Shown piece after piece: positions 48,261 to 56,472 of a DNA stretch of 64,000 nt (the stretch's first letter is position 1; each line of letters begins with the position of its first letter). The translations under genes and the position numbers were made by a program. This DNA is from Vulcanimicrobiota bacterium. GTDB taxonomy: Bacteria; Vulcanimicrobiota; Vulcanimicrobiia; Vulcanimicrobiales; Vulcanimicrobiaceae. Under the pieces are notes generated by a model that worked only from the letters and a program-made list of their open reading frames with translations, did no database searches and had not been told where the DNA came from. The DNA is taken from the NCBI GenBank assembly GCA_963777315.1, contig CAVZQC010000005.1:1-64000 (forward strand), given 5' to 3'.

Positions 48261-49190
48261 ATGATGACACGCGAACATCTGGATTTGCGCCGTCTGCCGG
48301 TTTGGGAGCGCGCCGCGATCGTGCTCGATCGATCGGATGCGCTGGGTGCCGGCGGTTCTTTCGATTTCATGATGGAGAGAGATCCGCGGGCTTTGACCGC
48401 CCGCCTGGAGCAGTTGCGTCCCGGACAACTCGTGTTCGAGCAGCGGCGCGTGGGTGACGCGGAATGGCGCGTCACCCTTACGCGAGTTCGCGCCGAAGAC
48501 AGCTCGTCGTTACTCTCGTCGGCGCTGGCCCGCAGCCCGTTGCTTTCGCAGCTGAGTGAGTCGGCGCGTTCGCTGCTCGGCGAGCGCATGAGCGAGCACA
48601 CCGCGCGAAAAGGCACGGTCGTTTTTACGGAAAACGCCAATTGCGGCACGTTGGGCGTGCTGCTCGAGGGCGCGATGGCAGTGGTCGTGGGCGCGGGAAC
48701 GCGCGAACGGCTGCTGTTTCACCTCTACCCGTTCGATGTGTTCGGCGAAATCGAATTTTTCGACGGGGGCTTGACGATGGGCCGCACGGTGGTCGTTTCC
48801 AAGATTGCCAAATACGGCGCGGTGCCTTACGACGTCGTGCGCCTGATCGGCATGCGCGACCCCGGATTCTTGGTTTCGCTTGCGGCATCGGTCTCACAGC
48901 GCAGCCGCACGCTGGCCAGCGCTTTGGCCGCGCAAGTGTCACAGTCGATTTTGGCGCGAGTCGCCGGCGCGCTGCTGCCGTACGCAGCGCCCGAACGCGG
49001 CCAGCATCCCGCGCTGCAGCCGCTGCCGGCGATGACGCAGGCGCAGGTTGCCGCAGCCGCAGGCACCGTCAAAGAGGTCGCGGCGCGCGCGATTGCCGAG
49101 CTCGAGCGCACGCAAGCGCTGCGGCGAGAGCGCGGCCACATCCGGTACCTGGATCGCTCTAGGCTGCTCGAAACGATCGATCGTTCCTAA
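48261..49190 (+). CDS. Crp/Fnr-family regulator with N-terminal DUF2249-like domain
   Basis: LDLRRLPVWER...ERDPRAL...GDAEWRV; cNMP-like FGEIEFFDG; HTH TQAQVAAAAGTVKEVAARAIAEL. Confidence 0.85.
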   Translation: MMTREHLDLRRLPVWERAAIVLDRSDALGAGGSFDFMMERDPRALTARLEQLRPGQLVFEQRRVGDAEWRVTLTRVRAEDSSSLLSSALARSPLLSQLSESARSLLGERMSEHTARKGTVVFTENANCGTLGVLLEGAMAVVVGAGTRERLLFHLYPFDVFGEIEFFDGGLTMGRTVVVSKIAKYGAVPYDVVRLIGMRDPGFLVSLAASVSQRSRTLASALAAQVSQSILARVAGALLPYAAPERGQHPALQPLPAMTQAQVAAAAGTVKEVAARAIAELERTQALRRERGHIRYLDRSRLLETIDRS

Positions 49191-49905
49191 GACCCTCCCA
49201 AAAGGTTTCCACCGCGTCCAGAACCGCCGCACCCGCGCGCAGAAAACGTTCGGGTTCAAAACCGGGCTGTGCGAATGCCGCCGCCAATTCGTCGTCCACG
49301 TGCGCAGCATGGCGCTCCTCGATCCGGTCGTGCCAAACCCAAAAGCCCAGCGGCAGACCTGGAATACGCTGCTCTTTGATCCGCGTCAGACCGGCGATCA
49401 GCTGTTTCCAAAAGCCGGCCGCAGCCCAGTGTTCGACGGCGTGGGATGCACCGGTGCTTTCGGACGGATCGGAGGACGCGTACCACGTCATCAGCGCATC
49501 GCAGAATTCCAGCGTGGCCGGCGTGCCCAGTTCGCGTCTGCCGATGTCTTCGAAACGCAAGCCCAGCGCCGCGGCGAAATCCGCGAGCCATTCAAAGTGC
49601 GCCGCGCGGAACGTGAACCGCCCGTTTTCGACCGACCCTCCCGGCGTAAAGCTGACGCCGAGTTCGTTCATGAGGATCTCCTTGCCCGCGCGATATGCGC
49701 GCAGGTCGCGCGAGTTGATGCATTTGCGCAACTGGGCTTCGACGAACAAATGGCTGAAGACCGAAAACTGCACGGTGAAATGACGCAACTCGGCGGTGGT
49801 CGCTCGCCCGTGGGCGAACCATGACGCGTAGCGGTTCATCCGAACGATCGGATGATCTTCGATGTGAGCGCTGACGGAAATTTTGAACTGCTCGAGATTC
49901 TGCAT
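49159..49905 (-). CDS. Heme-oxygenase-like di-iron oxidase/oxygenase (HDO; CADD/PqqC/TenA fold)
   Basis: DHPIV N-terminus; candidate ligands NELG...AAHFEW, AVEHW and WHDRIEERH (H-x3-E-x2-H); C-terminal FWEGL. Confidence 0.75.
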   Translation of the reverse strand: MQNLEQFKISVSAHIEDHPIVRMNRYASWFAHGRATTAELRHFTVQFSVFSHLFVEAQLRKCINSRDLRAYRAGKEILMNELGVSFTPGGSVENGRFTFRAAHFEWLADFAAALGLRFEDIGRRELGTPATLEFCDALMTWYASSDPSESTGASHAVEHWAAAGFWKQLIAGLTRIKEQRIPGLPLGFWVWHDRIEERHAAHVDDELAAAFAQPGFEPERFLRAGAAVLDAVETFWEGLRNDRSFRAA

Positions 49906-49933
49906 GGACGTGGTCCCTCAAAGGCAAGGCCGT

Positions 49934-49975
49934 AAACAAAGAAAAAACCGCCCCGGCGCCGGCCGGAGCGGTTTT
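49934..49975 (-). terminator. Intrinsic terminator in the 5' leader of the HDO gene (attenuator)
   Basis: AAAACCGCUCCGG-CCGGCG-CCGGGGCGGUUUU followed by UUCUUUGUUU. Confidence 0.85.
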
Positions 49976-50010
49976 GAACTGAGCTTTTACTGCTTTAGAA
50001 CAACACCGAA

Positions 50011-50070
50011 CTAGCCGACTGCACCGTAGCGGCCGTAATAGTACGAGGTTGCGTAAAGCGCGAACAGCAT
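50011..50070 (-). CDS. Tyr-rich leader peptide MLFALYATSYYYGRYGAVG
   Basis: 19 codons, 5 Tyr including TAC-TAT-TAC; between a promoter and a terminator; below the ORF-track length cut-off. Confidence 0.75.
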   Translation of the reverse strand: MLFALYATSYYYGRYGAVG

Positions 50071-50080
50071 GTTGGGGAGC

Positions 50081-50109
50081 ATCCTATCAGCTCCGCGGCG
50101 AAATATCAA
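50081..50109 (-). promoter_or_regulatory. sigma70-type promoter for leader peptide + HDO gene
   Basis: TTGATA-N17-TAGGAT; predicted +1 at about 50073, 2-3 nt before the leader ATG. Confidence 0.7.
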
Positions 50110-50111
50110 GC

Positions 50112-50783
50112 GTGGATGTGACTTTTTCGCCGCTCATCGGAATAGCGGGGGCCGCGGTGCTCGGGGGCGCCATCGGCATTCAGCGCCAGGCGGCGGCAAA
50201 GCCCGCCGGTTTCCGAACGCATCTTCTGGTTGCAGCCGCTTCGGCTGCGTTCACCGCGATGGGCGCGCATCTGCACGACACGCGCATTCCTTCCTACGTG
50301 GTGGTCGGCATCGGGTTTTTGGGCGCCGGCGCAATCGTGCGTCAGGGTACCACGCCGCACGGCCTGACCACCGCGGCCAGCATCTGGATGGCCGCCGCCG
50401 TTGGGCTGGTGATGGGATACTCGAACACTTTCGGCTTGTACGTCGGACTGCTGGCTACGGCGATAACGCTGGCGGCGCTCACGCTGTCCGACAACGATCT
50501 CATGCGGATTTTCCGCATTCCGCGCAAGGCGACGCTGCGCATAACCTGCGCCTCCCCGCAGATCTCGCTCGCAAGGGTTACGCAAGCCTTCCGGGAAGCG
50601 CGCGTGCGCTTCGAAAGCAGCGACATCGTTTCGATCCAAACCGAGGGAGCGGACGAAATCGTGCAGCTCGTCTATTTGATCGACCTTCCTCGCCGGCGCG
50701 ATCTGAGCGCCATCGTGCGCGAGATCAGCGCGCTGGGCGGCGTGCGCAAAGTCGAAGCCAACGAACCGTTCTTCGTCGCATAG
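50112..50783 (+). CDS. MgtC/SapB family protein with C-terminal ACT-like domain
   Basis: KPAGFRTHLLV, TRIPSYVVVGIGFLGAG, GLTTAASIW. Confidence 0.9.
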   Translation: MDVTFSPLIGIAGAAVLGGAIGIQRQAAAKPAGFRTHLLVAAASAAFTAMGAHLHDTRIPSYVVVGIGFLGAGAIVRQGTTPHGLTTAASIWMAAAVGLVMGYSNTFGLYVGLLATAITLAALTLSDNDLMRIFRIPRKATLRITCASPQISLARVTQAFREARVRFESSDIVSIQTEGADEIVQLVYLIDLPRRRDLSAIVREISALGGVRKVEANEPFFVA

Positions 50784-50786
50784 CGC

Positions 50787-51128
50787 GTGCGGTTTCTCTT
50801 CCAATGGCTGCGCCCGCCGCGGCCCTCCGGGACGGCGCTGCATCCCACGCGCACGGTGGACGTCGATGAACCGTTCGCGCAGGTGTTCGAAGGCAGCGTG
50901 CACGGCGTCGAGCAGGTGCTGGGCGGAGTCGTTCGCGACGCCGACGGCGAGCGCGGCACGATCGAGGCGACTTTCGGTTTGATTGGCTCCGAACGCGTGA
51001 CGATTACGCTGCAGGATATGGGCGAACGGCGCACCCGCGTCACCGTCGAAAGCCGCCGCGGCGCCGCCGTAGGCGCCTCGCAACATTCGCAATACGTCGA
51101 CGCGTTGATCGCTTATCTCCAGAAGTAG
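50787..51128 (+). CDS. Hypothetical protein
   Basis: Compact ORF filling the gap between the mgtC-like gene and serS. Confidence 0.6.
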   Translation: MRFLFQWLRPPRPSGTALHPTRTVDVDEPFAQVFEGSVHGVEQVLGGVVRDADGERGTIEATFGLIGSERVTITLQDMGERRTRVTVESRRGAAVGASQHSQYVDALIAYLQK

Positions 51129-51136
51129 CTCGTATT

Positions 51137-52420
51137 TTAGCGAATGACGTCCGCGCCCATGTACGGCACGAGTACCGGCGGAACGCGAACGGAACCGTCG
51201 CGCTGCTGAAAGTTCTCGACGATCGCCAAAAGAGTTCGCCCGACGGCCAGGCCTGAACCGTTGAGCGTGTGAAGCAGCTCGGGCTTGGAGGAGGCATCGC
51301 GCCGGAAGCGCATTCGCCCGCGGCGCGCCTGAAAATCCGTGTCGTTGGAACAGGAGCTGATTTCGCGGTACGTCTGCGCGCTCGGAAGCCACACTTCCAG
51401 ATCGTACGTTTTAGCGGCGTTGAATCCGGTATCGCCGGCGCACAGCGCCACGGTACGGTAGGGCAATTCCAAGGCTGTAAGCAGTGCTTCGGCATCGCGC
51501 GTGAGCTCTTCGAGCGCGTCGAAGGACTGCTCGGGCAGGCTGTACCACACCAGTTCGACCTTTTCGAATTGATGCTGGCGGATGAGCCCGCGCGTATCTT
51601 TGCCTGCGGCTCCCGCTTCTTTGCGGAAGCACGGCGTATAGGCCGTATACTTGAGCGGCAGGACCTGGTCGGAAAGAATTTCGTTTGCGTGCAGCGCCGC
51701 GAGCGGCACTTCGGCCGTGGGAATCAAAAAGAGGTCGGCGTCGCGATCGAGGAACATCGCGTCTGAAAATTTCGTCAGCTGTCCGGTCGACCACATCGTT
51801 GCGCGCGAAACCAGAATGGGCGGAATGACCTCGACGTAGCCTTTGGCAGTCGCGCGGTCCAGAAAAAACTGCACGATCGCGCGCGACAGGCGCGCTCCTT
51901 GCCCTTTGACGATCGAAAAGCGGCTCCCCGAAAGTTTGGCGGCTCGTTCGAAATCGAAGATATCGAGCCGTTCTCCCAGCTCCCAATGCGGGAGCGGTTC
52001 GAAGTCGAACGCGCGCGGGGTGCCCGCACTGCGAACGACGACGTTGGCGGATTCGTCGCAGCCGTCCGGCACGGAGTCGTCGAGCAGATTGGCGGACTGT
52101 GCCAGCAGCTCGGCCAGCGGCGAGCCGGCGTTTTCGACGGCCAGCGTCCTCGCGCGTTCTTCGGACTGTTCGATGCGTGCAGCCAGTTCGTCGAGCGCCG
52201 GCTTGAGTTCGCGCGCCGCCGCGGCTTTGTCGGCGGCTTTGCCGATTTGCGCCGAGAGCCGGTTCTTGTGCGCTTTTGCCGTCTCCGCGTCGGTCAACGC
52301 GGAGCGGTGCAGCGCGTCCAAACGCAGAATCTCGTCGACGAACCCAGCATCTTGGCCGCGCCGCCGTGCCGATCGTCGAACGCGATCGGGATCGCGGCGA
52401 ACCAGTGAAAGATCCAGCAT
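51137..52420 (-). CDS. serS: Serine--tRNA ligase
   Basis: LIPTAEVP, CFRKEAG, GLIRQHQFEKVE, EISSCSN, TLNGSGLAVGR. Confidence 0.97.
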   Translation of the reverse strand: MLDLSLVRRDPDRVRRSARRRGQDAGFVDEILRLDALHRSALTDAETAKAHKNRLSAQIGKAADKAAAARELKPALDELAARIEQSEERARTLAVENAGSPLAELLAQSANLLDDSVPDGCDESANVVVRSAGTPRAFDFEPLPHWELGERLDIFDFERAAKLSGSRFSIVKGQGARLSRAIVQFFLDRATAKGYVEVIPPILVSRATMWSTGQLTKFSDAMFLDRDADLFLIPTAEVPLAALHANEILSDQVLPLKYTAYTPCFRKEAGAAGKDTRGLIRQHQFEKVELVWYSLPEQSFDALEELTRDAEALLTALELPYRTVALCAGDTGFNAAKTYDLEVWLPSAQTYREISSCSNDTDFQARRGRMRFRRDASSKPELLHTLNGSGLAVGRTLLAIVENFQQRDGSVRVPPVLVPYMGADVIR

Positions 52421-53683
52421 ATGGAAGAACCGCGCTTTACGCGAGCCGGCAGCGCGCTCCTACCGGGACGCGGATTCGACGCAAACGCGCTGCTTGCACC
52501 GCAGCAGGCGCTCACGCTGTATTTTGCGCGCGCCGGTTTGCGCGCGCCGCAAACGCAGATCGTCGGTTTGCAGGACGCGTTCGGACGCATTTTAGCCCGG
52601 CGCGTCGCCGCCGACGCCGCTTATCCGTTAGCGGCACGCTCTGCGATGGACGGCTTTGCGGTGCGTTCGCGCGAAACGCCGGCGCGGTTGCGCGTGGCCG
52701 GCGACATTCGCATGGGCGTGCCGTGGACGCAGCCGTTGGCCGAGCGCACCGCGGTTCGCATCCCGACCGGCGGCGTGGTCCCTGCGGATGCCGACGCCGT
52801 CGTTCCGCTCGAGGACGCGCGCGAGGACGCAGGCTGGATCGAAGTCGGCGCCGTTGCGGCAAGCGATTGCATTACGCCCGCCGGCTCCGACATGCGTGCC
52901 GGTGAAACGCTGCTCGAACCCGGCCGGCGGATTGGCGGCGCCGAGCTGGGAGTGCTCGCAACATTGGGCATTACCGCGGTGCAGGTGTTCGCCAAACCGG
53001 TGGTCGCGGTGCTTTCCAGCGGTGACGAGCTGGTCGACGCGAGCGCGCAGCCCAATGTCGCGCAGGTACGCGATTCCAACCGTTGGGCGGTGGCCGGCAC
53101 GCTTCAGGCGCTGGGCGCGGCGGTGCGCCATCTTCCGATTGCTCCGGACGATCCTGACGCGCTCGAAACGCTGCTGCGGAGCGCGCTCGAACGCGCGGAC
53201 GCAGTGGTGTTGACCGGCGGATCGTCGGTGGGCTCGCGCGATCACACGCCTGGAATCGTTCAACGTCTGGGCGCACCGGGCGTCATCGTGCACGGCTTGC
53301 GCGTCAAACCCGGCAAACCGACCGTGCTGGGCTGCACGGACGGGAAACCCGTGATCGGTCTTCCCGGCAATCCGGCCTCGGCGCTGATGATTCTGCAGGC
53401 GGTGGCCGCACCGATTTTCGATGCGCTGACCGGGGCTGCGCGCAATCCGGCAACGGTCGAAGCGCGCCTCGGTGAGCCGTATGCCAAACGCGCCGGCTGG
53501 ACGTGGTTCGTGCCGGTTCGTCTGGACGAGGCGCAAGCGCAGCCGTCGGCGTATCCGCTGGAGCTGCGGTCGAGCTCGGCCAGCCTGCTCGCCCGCGCAA
53601 GCGGTTTTTTGACTTTGGACGAAACGATAGACGCGCTCCCGGCGGGAGCTCGAGTTTACGTAAGCAGATTTATCGGGAGCTGA
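52421..53683 (+). CDS. moeA: Molybdopterin molybdotransferase
   Basis: SAMDGFAV, SSGDEL, VRDSN, TGGSSVG, KPGKP, GLPGNP. Confidence 0.93.
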   Translation: MEEPRFTRAGSALLPGRGFDANALLAPQQALTLYFARAGLRAPQTQIVGLQDAFGRILARRVAADAAYPLAARSAMDGFAVRSRETPARLRVAGDIRMGVPWTQPLAERTAVRIPTGGVVPADADAVVPLEDAREDAGWIEVGAVAASDCITPAGSDMRAGETLLEPGRRIGGAELGVLATLGITAVQVFAKPVVAVLSSGDELVDASAQPNVAQVRDSNRWAVAGTLQALGAAVRHLPIAPDDPDALETLLRSALERADAVVLTGGSSVGSRDHTPGIVQRLGAPGVIVHGLRVKPGKPTVLGCTDGKPVIGLPGNPASALMILQAVAAPIFDALTGAARNPATVEARLGEPYAKRAGWTWFVPVRLDEAQAQPSAYPLELRSSSASLLARASGFLTLDETIDALPAGARVYVSRFIGS

Positions 53684-53782
53684 AAAACGAATACCACCAC
53701 GGACTCCGGTTCGGGCTTTCCGGCCGCGCCGCACATCGAAGCCATTCCGCTCACCAGACCCTTCATCGGGCCCGAGCAGATC

Positions 53783-54811
53783 ATGCGCGAAGGCGGACAT
53801 GGCTCGCTGCTGCGGCTGGGCGCCAACGAGAGCAACTTCGGCCCCTCGCCTAAAGCCGTGCAGGCGATGGCGGCCGAATTGCCGCGCATTTCGTGGTACG
53901 GCGATCCGGAATCGTACAAACTGCGGGTTGCCGTTGCGGCGCGCCACGGGTGCGGGATCGACAACGTGTGCGTCGGATCCGGCATCGACGATCTCATGGG
54001 CCTAACGGTTCGCGCATTCATGTCGCCGGGTTCGATCGCGCTCGCGACGCTGGGGACGTATCCGACGTTCGCTTACCACGTGATGGGTTTCGGCGGCGAG
54101 CTCGCGACCGTGCCCTACCGCCCCGACGGCACGGTGGACGTCGAGGCGCTCGCGCAGACCGCGCGCCGGCTGCATCCGGCCATCGTCTATATCGCAAATC
54201 CCGACAATCCCGGCGGAACGTACCTCGCGCTTGACGAGATCGAGCGGCTTTTCGAATCGCTTCCAGGCGAATCGCTGCTGTTTTTGGATGAAGCTTATGC
54301 CGACTTCGTCAGCGAAAGCGACGGGTGTGCTCCGCACATTCATCCCGGGCTGATTCGCGCGCGCACCTTTTCCAAAGCGTACGGCATGGCCGGCGCGCGG
54401 ATCGGATATGCGATTTGCGCGCCGCGCACGGTGCGAACGTTCGAAAAGATTCGCCTCCAGTACGGCGTGAACCGCAACGCGCAAATCGGCGCGCTTGCGG
54501 CGCTGGCCGACGTGCAGTTCCACCGGTACGTCGTCGAACAGGTGGCGCGCGGGCGCGAGGATTACTACGCGCTCGCGGAATCGCTCGGCTGCGACTTCGT
54601 GCGGTCCCACACGAACTTCGTGTGCATCGGTTTCGGATCGGCCGCGGAGGCGACGGGCGTCATGAACGCGCTGCTCGCGCGCGCGGTGTTCGTGCGCAAA
54701 CCCGGTGCTCCGCCGCTGGATCGCTTCGTGCGCATCTCGGTCGGCACGCCGCCGGAGCGCGAAGCGCTGGCCGAACATCTGCGCGCGGTGACGGCCGAAC
54801 GCACGCCATGA
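53783..54811 (+). CDS. Class I/II PLP aminotransferase (HisC-like); true start probably further upstream
   Basis: LGANESNFGPSP, ANPDNPGG, LDEAY, RTFSKAYGMAGARIGY. Confidence 0.88.
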   Translation: MREGGHGSLLRLGANESNFGPSPKAVQAMAAELPRISWYGDPESYKLRVAVAARHGCGIDNVCVGSGIDDLMGLTVRAFMSPGSIALATLGTYPTFAYHVMGFGGELATVPYRPDGTVDVEALAQTARRLHPAIVYIANPDNPGGTYLALDEIERLFESLPGESLLFLDEAYADFVSESDGCAPHIHPGLIRARTFSKAYGMAGARIGYAICAPRTVRTFEKIRLQYGVNRNAQIGALAALADVQFHRYVVEQVARGREDYYALAESLGCDFVRSHTNFVCIGFGSAAEATGVMNALLARAVFVRKPGAPPLDRFVRISVGTPPEREALAEHLRAVTAERTP

Positions 54812-55533
54812 GATACGCGATCATCTCCGACGTCCACGGGAATTTGGAGTCGCTGCGCACGGCGCTTTCGCTCATACGCGCCGAGGACAGCCTATTGTGC
54901 TTGGGCGACATCGTGGGCTACGGGCCGAATCCCAACGAATGCGTGAAGCTGGTGCGCGAGCGCGCCGCCGACACGGTACTGGGGAACCACGACGTCGCCG
55001 CTGTCGACAACTTCGGAATCGAGTATTTCAACCCCGCCGCGCGGCGCGCCATCGAATGGACGCAGGGCGTCATCGACCCGCAGGCGTCCGCGTGGCTCAA
55101 CGGCCTGAGCTACGAGATTCGCCATCCCGACTTTTTGATGGTGCACGGCGCGCCCGTGCATTACTTCGAATACGTGCTCGACAAACGCCATGCCAAGGCC
55201 GCCTTCGACCGCACCGACGCGCCGCTGATCTTCATCGGCCACACCCACATCGCCGAGTATTACGCGCTCGAGCCGGACGGCAGCATTTCGCACGCGCACA
55301 TGCAGCACGGAGGCGAACTGGATCTGCAGGCGGGGAAGCGGTACATCATCGACGTCGGCAGCATCGGTCAGCCGCGCGATCTCAATCCTCAACCGTGCTT
55401 TGTCTTTTACGACGATGACCGGCGTCGCGTGCAGTGGGTGCGCTACGACTATGCGATCGGTCAAGTGCAGCAGAAGATGGCTGCGGCGCAGTTGCCCGCC
55501 GCGCTGGCGGCGCGCCTGGACGTCGGGCGATGA
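54808..55533 (+). CDS. Metallophosphoesterase (calcineurin-like)
   Basis: SDVHGN, LGDIVGYG, GNHD, VHG, GHTH, GSIGQPRD. Confidence 0.92.
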   Translation: MRYAIISDVHGNLESLRTALSLIRAEDSLLCLGDIVGYGPNPNECVKLVRERAADTVLGNHDVAAVDNFGIEYFNPAARRAIEWTQGVIDPQASAWLNGLSYEIRHPDFLMVHGAPVHYFEYVLDKRHAKAAFDRTDAPLIFIGHTHIAEYYALEPDGSISHAHMQHGGELDLQAGKRYIIDVGSIGQPRDLNPQPCFVFYDDDRRRVQWVRYDYAIGQVQQKMAAAQLPAALAARLDVGR

Positions 55534-55988
55534 TGCCGGTCGACGACGGACGCTGCTTTGCGTGCGGAGCCGACAACGCCATCGGTCTGCATTTACGCTT
55601 CGAGCGCCGGGGCGATCTCGGCGTGCGCGCGCATACGATGCTGCGCGCCGAGTTTCAGGGCTGGCAGGGAATCGCGCACGGCGGCATCGCGCTCTGCCTG
55701 CTGGACGAGGCAATGGCTCACGCCGCCGCAGCCGCGGGCTATCGCGGAGTGACGGCAAGCATGGACGCGCGTTTTCGCCGGCCGGTTCCGCTGGGCGTGC
55801 AGCTCGAAGTCGACGGCTGGGTCAAATGGCAGCGGCGCAACGTGCTGGAGCTGTGCGCGCGCGTCGTCGATCCCGATGGGACCGTGCTGCTCGAGGGCCA
55901 AGGCCGTTTCGTCGCGCAGGGCCGCATCGAGGACGTTGCCGATCGCCGCAATCCAGCCGCGGCGCAGCGCGTTCGTGCCGAAATCTAA
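55530..55988 (+). CDS. PaaI-family (hotdog) thioesterase
   Basis: CFACGADNAIGL, GIAHGG...LLDEAM. Confidence 0.88.
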   Translation: MMPVDDGRCFACGADNAIGLHLRFERRGDLGVRAHTMLRAEFQGWQGIAHGGIALCLLDEAMAHAAAAAGYRGVTASMDARFRRPVPLGVQLEVDGWVKWQRRNVLELCARVVDPDGTVLLEGQGRFVAQGRIEDVADRRNPAAAQRVRAEI

Positions 55989-56472
55989 GCAGATTCGCAA
56001 AGCGGCGCAGACGCAAGCCGCAAAGAATCTCTCGCCAAGCGTCGACAACCGCCGCGCGCGCCACGAATACCACATCTTGGAATCGCTGGAAACCGGAATC
56101 GAGCTCACGGGCACCGAGATAAAATCCATTCGTCAGGGCGGCATCAGTTTGAACGAAGCCTACGCGCGCGTACGCGAGGGTGAACTGTGGCTGCTGGGCA
56201 TGCACGTTCCCGCCTACAAACAGGGCAGCTTCTCCAACGTGGAGCCCAACCGTCCGCGCAAACTGCTGCTGCACAAAGAGCAGATCGCGCGCCTTGGCGG
56301 CCGCGCCGCGGAAAAAGGCTTGACGATCGTGCCGCTGCGCCTGTACTTCACGCGCGGCAAAGTCAAGCTCGAGATCGGTCTGGCGCGCGGCAAGAAGCTG
56401 TGGGACAAACGCGAGGCGTCGATGGAGCGGGATGCGCGCCGGGAGATGGATCGTGCGCGGCACGCGACCTGA
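55975..56472 (+). CDS. smpB: SsrA-binding protein
   Basis: NRRARHEY, GIELTGTEIKSIR, RKLLLHK, RGKKLWDKR. Confidence 0.96.
   Translation: MPKSKQIRKAAQTQAAKNLSPSVDNRRARHEYHILESLETGIELTGTEIKSIRQGGISLNEAYARVREGELWLLGMHVPAYKQGSFSNVEPNRPRKLLLHKEQIARLGGRAAEKGLTIVPLRLYFTRGKVKLEIGLARGKKLWDKREASMERDARREMDRARHAT

Noticed and set aside
50011..50082. Longer 23-aa leader from ATG 50082, or the leader regulating the mgtC-like gene
   Set aside because: ATG 50082 overlaps the predicted -10 box, and the leader is on the opposite strand to mgtC.
55975..56472. tmRNA next to smpB
   Set aside because: Both flanks are fully coding and no ssrA ends were found.
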